A DNA stretch of 64,000 nt from the human T2T-CHM13v2.0 reference genome, Homo sapiens, in the NCBI RefSeq assembly GCF_009914755.1, contig NC_060939.1. One strand, 5' to 3'. The notes below the pieces were generated by a model, which saw only the letters and a list, made by a program, of their open reading frames with translations, was not told the origin of the DNA and made no database searches. Shown here one piece after another: positions 53,701 through 64,000 of the stretch (the first letter of the stretch is position 1; the number at the start of each line of letters is the position of its first letter). Both the position numbers and the translations under genes were made by a program.

Positions 53701-56700
53701 TCCATTTCACTACATTCGATTTCACTCCATTCGATTCCATTCCACTCGAATCCACTTCGTTCCATTTCATTGCATTCCATTCTATTCAACTCTATTGCCT
53801 TCCATTCCATTCCATTCGATTACATTCCATGCGATTCCATTCGAAATCGAATCAATTACATTGCAATCCATTACTATTGAGTCCGTTTTATTCCAGTCCA
53901 CTGCATTCTGGTCCATTCCATTTGATTCCATTCCATTCTATTCCATTCCATACAGTTGCATTCCATTGGATTCCATGCTATATCTATAAATTCAATTCGA
54001 GACCATTGCTTTTGAGTCCATTCTATATGATTCCATTCCATTCAAGTCCATTACATTTGGTTCAATTCCATTCCATTCCATTCCCATCCATTCCATTCCA
54101 TTTGATATCAATCCATTCGATTCCATTCCATTCGAGCACATTCCATTCGAGTCCATTCCATTCGATGCCATTCCATTTGATTCTATTCCATTAGTCTCCA
54201 TTCAATTCCATTAATCTCCATTCCATTCCATTCTACTCCAACTGATTCCATTTCATTCTATTCCTTTCCATTCCATTTCATTCCATTCCATTCCATTCGT
54301 GTCCATTCCACTCCAGTCCATTCCATTCGTGTCCATTCCATTCCAGTCCATTCCATTTGTGTCCACTGCATTCCATTCCACTCCATTCCATATTATTCCA
54401 TTACACTCCATTCCATTCTATTACTTTCATTTCCATTCAATTCCATTCCATTTGATTCCATTCCACTCGGTTTCATTCCATTTGAGTCCACTCCATTCCA
54501 TTCCATTCCATTCCATTCAGTTCCATTCCATTCTGTTCCATTCCATTCCGTTCCATTACATTCCATTCCATTCGGTACCATTCCATATTGTTCCATTCGA
54601 TTCCATTCGAATCCATTCCATTCCAGTCCATTCCATTCGATTCCATTCCATTCATTTCAATTCCATTCCATTCCATTCCATTCCATTCCACTTGATTCCT
54701 CTCCATTCCCTTCCACTGCATTCCGTTCGATTCCATTCCATTGCATTGCATTCCATTCCATTGGATTGCATTCCATTCGATTCCATTCCATTCGAATCAA
54801 TTACATAGCAATCCATTACATTCGAGTCTATTCTATTCCGTTCCATTCGATTTCGTTCCAATCCATTCGATTCCATTCCATTCGATTCCATTCCATACTA
54901 TTGCATTCCATTCGATTACATTATATTCGAATAAGTTCCATTCAAGACCATTTCTTTTGAGTCCATTCTATTTGAGTCCATTCCCTTTGATTCCATAACA
55001 TTTGAGTCCATTCAATTCCATTCCTTTCGTTTCCATTCCATTTGATGCCATTCCATTCAATTCTGTTCTACTCGACTCCAATACATTCAATTCCATTCCA
55101 TCCGATTCCATTACATTCTTTTCATTTCTTATCCATTTCAAGCCATTCCACTCCATTCCATTCCACTCGTTTCCTTTCCATTCGAGTCCATTCCTCTCCA
55201 GTCCATTCCGTTCAATCCATTCCATTCCAGTCCATTCCATTCGAGTCCGTTCCATTCCAGTCCATTCCATTCGAGTCAATTCCATTCCATTCGATGTCTT
55301 TCCATAACGATCCATTCCATTCTATTCCTTTCGATTCCATTCCATTCTATTTCATTCCATTCGATTCCCTTCCATTGGACTCCTTTCCATTCGAGTGCAT
55401 TCCATTCCTTTCCATTTCTTTCCGTTCTGTACGATTCCTACCGTTCGATTTCATTTTGTTCCAGTCCATTCCTTTCGCGTCCATTCCATTCCATTTCACT
55501 CCATTCGATTCCATTCCATTCGATTCCATTCTACTCGATTCCACTTCGTTCCATTTCATTGCATTCCATTCTATTCAACTCTATTGCCTTCCATTCCATT
55601 CCATTCGATTACATTCCATGCGATTCCATTCGAAATCGAATCAATTACATTGCAATCCATTACTATTGAGTCCGTTTTATTCCAGTCCACTGCATTCTGG
55701 TCCATTCCATTTGATTCCATTCCATTCTATTCCATTCCATACAGTTGCATTCCATTGGATTCCATGCTATATCTATAAATTCAATTCGAGACCATTGCTT
55801 TTGAGTCCATTCTATATGATTCCATTCCATTCAAGTCCATTACATTTGGTTCAATTCCATTCCATTCCATTCCCTTCCATTCCATTCCATTTGATATCAA
55901 TCCATTCGATTCCATTCCATTCGAGCACATTCCATTCGAGTCCATTCCATTCGATGCCATTCCATTTGATTCTATTCCATTAGTCTCCATTCAATTCCAT
56001 TAATCTCCATTCCATTCCATTCTACTCCAACTGATTCCATTCCATTCTATTCCTTTCCATTCCATTTCATTCCATTCCATTCCATTTCATTCCATTCCAT
56101 TCCATTCGTGTCCATTCCACTCCAGTCCATTCCATTCGTGTCCATTCCATTCCAGTCCATTCCATTTGTGTCCACTGCATTCCATTCCACTCCATTCCAT
56201 ATTATTCCATTACACTCCATTCCATTCTATTACTTTCATTTCCATTCAATTCCATTCCATTTGATTCCATTCCACTCGGTTTCATTCCATTTGAGTCCAC
56301 TCCATTCCATTCCATTCCATTCCATTCAGTTCCATTCCATTCTGTTCCATTCCATTCCATTCCATTCGGTACTATTCCATAGTGTTCCATTCGATTCCAT
56401 TCGAATCCATTCCATTCCACTCCTTTCCATTCGATTCCATTCCATTCATTTCAATTCCATTCCATTCCATTCCATTCCATTCCACTTGATTCCTCTCCAT
56501 TCCCTTCCACTGCATTCCGTTCGATTCCATTCCATTGCATTGCATTCCATTCCATTGGATTGCATTCCATTCGATTCCATTCCATTCGAATCAATTACAT
56601 AGCAATCCATTACATTCGAGTCTATTCTCTTCCGTTCCATTCGATTTCGTTCCAATCCATTCGATTCCATTCCATTCGATTCCATTCCATACTATTGCAT

Positions 56701-59700
56701 TCCATTCGATTAAATTATATTCGAATAAGTTCCATTCAAGACCATTTCTTTTGAGTCCATTCTATTTGAGTCCATTCCCTTTGATTCCATAACATTTGAG
56801 TCCATTCAATTCCATTCCTTTCGTTTCCATTCCATTTGATGCCATTCCATTCAATTCTGTTCTACTCGACTCCAATACATTCAATTCCATTCCATCCGAT
56901 TCCATTACATTCTTTTCATTTCTTATCCATTTCAAGCCATTCCACTCCATTCCATTCCACTCGTTTCCTTTCCATTCGAGTCCATTCCTCTCCAGTCCAT
57001 TCCGTTCAATCCATTCCATTCCAGTCCATTCCATTCGAGTCCGTTCCATTCCATTCGATGTCTTTCCATAACGATCCATTCCATTCTATTCCTTTCGATT
57101 CCATTCCATTCTATTTCATTCCATTCGATTCCCTTCCATTGGACTCCTTTCCATTCGAGTGCATTCCATTCCGTTCCATTTCTTTCCATTCTGTACGATT
57201 CCTACCGTTCGATTTCATTTTGTTCCAGTCCATTCCTTTCGCGTCCATTCCATTCCATTTCACTCCATTCGATTCCATTCCACTCGATTCCACTTTGTTC
57301 CATTTCATTGCATTCCATTCTATTCAACTCTATTGCCCTCCATTCCATTCCATTCGATTACATTCCATGCGATTCCATTCGAAATCGAATCAATTACATT
57401 GCAATCCATTACTATTGAGTCCGTTTTATTCCAGTCCACTGCATTCTGGTCCATTCCATTTGATTCCATTCCATTCTATTCCATTCCATACAGTTGCATT
57501 CCATTGGATTCCATTCTATATCTATAAATTCAATTCGAGACCATTGCTTTTGAGTCCATTCTATATGATTCCACTCCATTCAAGTCCATTACATTTGGTT
57601 CAATTCCATTCCATTCCATTCCCTTCCATTCCATTCCAGTTGATATCAATCCATTCGATTCCATTCCATTCGAGCACATTCCATTCGAGTCCATTCCATT
57701 CGATGCCATTCCATTTGATTCTATTCCATTAGTCTCCATTCAATTCCATTAATCTCCATTCCATTCCATTCTACTCCAACTGATTCCATTCCATTCTATT
57801 CCTTTCCATTCCATTTCATTCCATTCCATTCCATTTCATTCCATTCCATTCCATTCGTGTCCATTCCACTCCAGTCCATTCCATTCGTGTCCATTCCATT
57901 CCAGTCCCTTCCATTTGTGTCCACTGCATTCCATTCCACTCCATTCCATATTATTCCATTACACTCCATTCCATTCTATTACTTTCATTTCCATTCAATT
58001 CCATTCCATTTGATTCCATTCCACTCGGTTTCATTCCATTTGAGTCCACTCCATTCCATTCCATTCCATTCCATTCAGTTCCATTCCATTCTGTTCCATT
58101 CCATTCCGTTCCATTACATTCCATTCCATTCGGTACCATTCCATATTGTTCTATTCGATTCCATTCGAATCCATTCCATTCCAGTCCATTCCATTCGATT
58201 CCATTCCATTCATTTCAATTCCATTCCATTCCATTCCATTCCATTCCACTTGATTCCTCTCCATTCCCTTCCACTGCATTCCATTCGATTCCATTCCATT
58301 GCATTGCATTCCATTCCATTGGATTGCATTCCATTCGATTCCATTCCATTCGAATCAATTACATAGCAATCCATTACATTCGAGTCTATTCTCTTCCGTT
58401 CCATTCGATTTCGTTCAAATCCATTCGATTCCATTCCATTCGATTCCATTCCATACTATTGCATTCCATTCGATTACATTATATTCGAATAAGTTCCATT
58501 CAAGACCATTTCTTTTGAGTCCATTCTATTTGAGTCCATTCCCTTTGATTCCATAACATTTGAGTCCATTCAATTCCATTCCTTTCGTTTCCATTCCATT
58601 TGATGCCATTCCATTCAATTCTGTTCTACTCGACTCCAATACATTCAATTCCATTCCATCCGATTCCATTACATTCTTTTCATTTCTTATCCATTTCAAG
58701 CCATTCCACTCCATTCCATTCCACTCGTTTCCTTTCCATTCGAGTCCATTCCTCTCCAGTCCATTCCGTTCAATCCATTCCATTCCAGTCCATTCCATTC
58801 GAGTCCGTTCCATTCCAGTCCATTCCATTCGAGTCAATTCCATTCCATTCGATGTCTTTCCATAACGATCCATTCCATTCTATTCCTTTCGATTCCATTC
58901 CATTCTATTTCATTCCATTCGATTCCCTTCCATTGGACTCCTTTCCATTCGAGTGCATTCCATTCCTTTCCATTTCTTTCCGTTCTGTACGATTCCTACC
59001 GTTCGATTTCATTTTGTTCCAGTCCATTCCTTTCGCGTCCATTCCATTCCATTTCACTCCATTCGATTCCATTCCACTCGATTCCACTTCGTTCCATTTC
59101 ATTGCATTCCATTCTATTCAACTCTATTGCCTTCCATTCCATTCCATTCGATTACATTCCATGCGATTCCATTCGAAATCGAATCAATTACATTGCAATC
59201 CATTACTATTGAGTCCGTTTTATTCCAGTCCACTGCATTCTGGTCTATTCCATTTGATTCCATTCCATTCTATTCCATTCCATACAGTTGCATTCCATTG
59301 GATTCCATGCTATATCTATAAATTCAATTCGAGACCATTGCTTTTGAGTCCATTCTATATGATTCCATTCCATTCAAGTCCATTACATTTGGTTCAATTC
59401 CATTCCATTCCATTCCCTTCCATTCCATTCCATTTGATATCAATCCATTCGATTCCATTCCATTCGAGCACATTCCATTCGAGTCCATTCCATTCGATGC
59501 CATTCCATTTGATTCTATTCCATTAGTCTCCATTCAATTCCATTAATCTCCATTCCATTCCATTCTACTCCAACTGATTCCATTCCATTCTATTCCTTTC
59601 CATTCCATTTCATTCCATTCCATTCCATTTCATTCCATTCCATTCCATTCGTGTCCATTCCACTCCAGTCCATTCCATTCGTGTCCATTCCATTCCAGTC

Positions 59701-62700
59701 CATTCCATTTGTGTCCACTGCATTCCATTCCTCTCCATTCCATATTATTCCATTACACTCCATTCCATTCTATTACTTTCATTTCCATTCAATTCCATTC
59801 CATTTGATTCCATTCCACTCGGTTTCATTCCATTTGAGTCCACTCCATTCCATTCCATTCCATTCCATTCAGTTCCATTCCATTCTGTTCCATTCCATTC
59901 CGTTCCATTACATTCCATTCCATTCGGTACCATTCCATATTGTTCCATTCGATTCCATTCGAATCCATTCCATTCCAGTCCATTCCATTCGATTCCATTC
60001 CATTCATTTCAATTCCATTCCATTCCATTCCATTCCATTCCACTTGATTCCTCTCCATTCCCTTCCACTGCATTCCGTTCGATTCCATTCCATTGCATTG
60101 CATTCCATTCCATTGGATTGCATTCCATTCGATTCCATTCCATTCGAATCAATTACATAGCAATCCATTACATTCGAGTCTATTCTCTTCTGTTCCATTC
60201 GATTTCGTTCCAATCCATTCGATTCCATTCCATTCGATTCCATTCCATACTATTGCATTCCATTCGATTACATTATATTCGAATAAGTTCCATTCAAGAC
60301 CATTTCTTTTGAGTCCATTCTATTTGAGTCCATTCCCTTTGATTCCATAACATTTGAGTCCATTCAATTCCATTCCTTTCGTTTCCATTCCATTTGATGC
60401 CATTCCATTCAATTCTGTTCTACTCGACTCCAATACATTCAATTCCATTCCATCCGATTCCATTACATTCTTTTCATTTCTTATCCATTTCAAGCCATTC
60501 CACTCCATTCCATTCCACTCGTTATCTTTCCATTCGAGTCCATTCCTCTCCAGTCCATTCCGTTCAATCCATTCCATTCCAGTCCATTCCATTCGAGTCC
60601 GTTCCATTCCAGTCCATTCCATTCGAGTCAATTCCATTCCATTCGATGTCTTTCCATAACGATCCATTCCATTCTATTCCTTTCGATTCCATTCCATTCT
60701 ATTTCATTCCATTCGATTCCCTTCCATTGGACTCCTTTCCATTCGAGTGCATTCCATTCCGTTCCATTTCTTTCCGTTCTGTACGATTCCTACCGTTCGA
60801 TTTCATTTTGTTCCAGTCCATTCCTTTCGCGTCCATTCCATTCCATTTCACTACATTCGATTCCATTCCATTCGATTCCATTCTACTCGATTCCACTTCG
60901 TTCCATTTCATTGCATTCCATTCTATTCAACTCTATTGCCTTCCATTCCATTCCATTCGATTACATTCCATGCGATTCCATTCGAAATCGAATCAATTAC
61001 GTTGAAATTCATTACTATTTAGTCCGTTTTATTCCAGTCCACTGCATTCTGGTCCATTCCATTTGATTCCATTCCATTCTATTCCATTCCATACAGTTGC
61101 ATTCCATTGGATTCCATGCTATATCTATAAATTCAATTCGAGACCATTGCTTTTGAGTCCATTCTATATGATTCCATTCCATTCAAGTCCATTACATTTG
61201 GTTCAATTCCATTCCATTCCATTCCCTTCCATTCCATTCCAGTTGATATCAATCCATTCGATTCCATTCCATTCGAGCACATTCCATTCGAGTCCATTCC
61301 ATTCGATGCCATTCCATTTGATTCTATTCCATTAGTCTCCATTCAACTCCATTAATCTCCATTCCATTCCATTCTACTCCAACTGATTCCATTCCATTCT
61401 ATTCCTTTCCATTCCATTTCATTCCATTCCATTCCATTTCATTCCATTCCATTCCATTCGTGTCCATTCCACTCCAGTCCATTCCATTCGTGTCCATTCC
61501 ATTCCAGTCCATTCCATTTGTGTCCACTGCATTCCATTCCACTCCATTCCATATTATTCCATTACACTCCATTCCATTCTATTACTTTCATTTCCATTCA
61601 ATTCCATTCCATTTGATTCCATTCCACTCGGTTTCATTCCATTTGAGTCCACTCCATTCCATTCCATTCCATTCAGTTCCATTACATTCCATTCCATTCG
61701 GTACCATTCCATATTGTTCCATTCGATTCCATTCGAATCCATTCCATTCCAGTCCATTCGATTCCATTCCATTCATTTCAAGTCCATTCCATTCCATTCC
61801 ATTACATTCCACTTGATTCCTCTCCATTCGCTTCCACTGCATTCCGTTCGATTCCATTCCATTGCATTGCATTCCATTCCATTGGATTGCATTCCATTCG
61901 ATTCCATTCCATTCGAATCAATTACATAGCAATCCATTACATTCGAGTCTATTCTATTCCGTTCCATTCGATTTCGTTCCAATCCATTCGATTCCATTCC
62001 ATTCGATTCCATTCCATACTATTGCATTCCATTCGATTACATTATATTCGAATAAGTTCCATTCAAGACCATTTCTTTTGAGTCCATTCTATTTGAGTCC
62101 ATTCCCTTTGATTCCATAACATTTGAGTCCATTCAATTCCATTCCTTTCGTTTCCATTCCATTTGATGCCATTCCATTCAATTCTGTTCTACTCGACTCC
62201 AATACATTCAATTCCATTCCATCCGATTCCATTACATTCTTTTCATTTCTTATCCATTTCAAGCCATTCCACTCCATTCCATTCCACTCGTTTCCTTTCC
62301 ATTCGAGTCCATTCCTCTCCAGTCCATTCCGTTCAATCCATTCCATTCCAGTCCATTCCATTCGAGTCCGTTCCATTCCAGTCCATTCCATTCGAGTCAA
62401 TTCCATTCCATTCGATGTCTTTCCATAACGATCCATTCCATTCTATTCCTTTCGATTCCATTCCATTCTATTTCATTCCATTCGATTCCCTTCCATTGGA
62501 CTCCTTTCCATTCGAGTGCATTCCATTCCGTTCCATTTCTTTCCGTTCTGTACGATTCCTACCGTTCGATTTCATTTTGTTCCAGTCCATTCCTTTTGCG
62601 TCCATTCCATTCCATTTCACTCCATTCGATTCCATTCCACTCGATTCCACTTCGTTCCATTTCATTGCATTCCATTCTATTCAACTCTATTGCCTTCCAT

Positions 62701-64000
62701 TCCATTCCATTCGATTACATTCCATGCGATTCCATTCGAAATCGAATCAATTACATTGCAATCCATTACAATTGAGTCCGTTTTATTCCAGTCCACTGCA
62801 TTCTGGTCCATTCCATTTGATTCCATTCCATTCTATTCCATTCCATACAGTTGCATTCCATTGGATTCCATTCTATATCTATAAATTCAATTCGAGACCA
62901 TTGCTTTTGAGTCCATTCTATATGATTCCATTCCATTCAAGTCCATTACATTTGGTTCAATTCCATTCCATTCCATTCCCTTCCATTCCATTCCAGTTGA
63001 TATCAATCCATTCGATTCCATTCCATTCGAGCACATTCCATTCGAGTCCATTCCATTCGATGCCATTCCATTTGATTCTATTCCATTAGTCTCCATTCAA
63101 TTCCATTAATCTCCATTCCATTCCATTCTACTCCAACTGATTCCATTCCATTCTATTCCTTTCCATTCCATTTCATTCCATTCCATTCCATTTCATTCCA
63201 TTCCATTCCATTCGCTTCCATTCCATTCGTGTCCATTCCACTCCAGTCCATTCCATTCGTGTCCATTCCATTCCAGTCCATTCCATTTGTGTCCACTGCA
63301 TTCCATTCCACTCCATTCCATATTATTCCATTACACTCCCTTCCATTCTATTACTTTCATTTCCATTCATTTCCATTCCATTTGATTCCATTCCACTCGG
63401 TTTCATTCCATTTGAGTCCACTCCATTCCATTCCATTCCATTCCATTCAGTTCCATTCCATTCTGTTCCATTCCATTCCGTTCCATTGCATTCCATTCCA
63501 TTCGGTACCATTCCATATTGTTCCATTTGATTCCATTCGAATCCATTCCATTCCAGTCCATTCCATTCGATTCCATTCCATTCCTTTCAATTCCATTCCA
63601 TTCCATTCCATTCCACTTGATTCCACTCCATTCCCTTCCACTGCATTCCATTCGATTCCATTCCATTGCATTGCATTCCATTCCATTGGACTGCATTTCA
63701 TTCGATTCCATTCCATGCGAATCAATTACATAGCAATCCATTACATTCGAGTCTATTCTATTCCGTTCCATTCGATTTCGTTCCAATCCATTCGATTCCA
63801 TTCCATTCGATTCCATTCCATACTATTGCATTCCATTCTATTACATTATATTCGAATAAGTTCCATTCAAGACCATTTCTTTTGAGTCCATACTATTTGA
63901 GTCCATTCCCTTTGATTCCATAACATTTGAGTCCATTCAATTCCATTCCTTTCGTTTCCATTCCATTTGATGCCATTCCATTCAATTCTGTTCTACTCGA

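Larger units (their letters stand above)
1..64000 (+). repeat. Satellite III (HSat3) tandem array of degenerate (CATTC)n/(GGAAT)n with a ~1.8 kb monomer; probably D15Z1/HSat3A5 (human 15p heterochromatin)
   Basis: CCATT pentamers and variants (CGATT, CGAGT, CTATT, CCAGT) run end to end in one orientation. The landmark GTGCATTCC...TTCTGTA(C/G)GATT recurs 36 times (312, 1376, 3165, 4933, 6707, 8541, 10350, 12144 ... 60747, 62516); spacings are mostly 1,764-1,809 bp, mode 1,794. One GGTACC (KpnI) per monomer matches the known 1.8 kb KpnI satellite III of chromosome 15. Family call is firm; chromosome assignment is about 0.75. Confidence 0.97.

Noticed and set aside
211-63923. Hundreds of ORFs, including recurring 308/313 aa + strand and 115 aa - strand products
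   Set aside because: (CATTC)n has no stop codon in any frame and translates to HSIPF or MEWNG repeats. ORFs overlap in several frames, show no recognisable domain and are broken by stops in some monomers (e.g. 8766, 12357, 14190, 61005).
1-64000. DYZ1 (Yq12 ~3.56 kb HSat3) or the chromosome 1 HSat2 ~1.8 kb repeat
   Set aside because: Adjacent 1.8 kb units are near-identical with no alternating dimer pattern, unlike DYZ1, and I saw no GATGAT-containing HSat2-type motif.
1-64000. CRISPR array, alpha satellite or CENP-B boxes, Alu/L1 insertions, inversions
   Set aside because: No unique spacers, no 171 bp period, no CENP-B box, no non-satellite insert or poly(A) tail, and CATTC stays on the + strand throughout.
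1-64000. A previously undescribed biological system
   Set aside because: Everything visible is explained by a known satellite family plus duplication, deletion and conversion among its monomers.

Overview
The whole 64 kb window is one uninterrupted tandem array of classical satellite III (HSat3): degenerate (CATTC)n on the + strand, with no inversion, transposon insertion or unique sequence visible. The pentamers form a ~1.8 kb monomer (modal 1,794 bp, about 36 copies) carrying one KpnI site. This best fits the human chromosome 15p array D15Z1/HSat3A5, an assignment inferred from known properties and not confirmed by alignment. The listed ORFs are translations of the stop-free pentamer (HSIPF / MEWNG) and are not credible genes. 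I found no new coding system. The notable structure is internal: the monomer looks like an ancient diverged dimer, and shared variants reveal near-identical multi-monomer duplications (9,065 bp and 5,357 bp). They also show a monomer inserted from another variant class, a conversion-like patch, a 745 bp deletion, a 105 bp duplication and variant domains.
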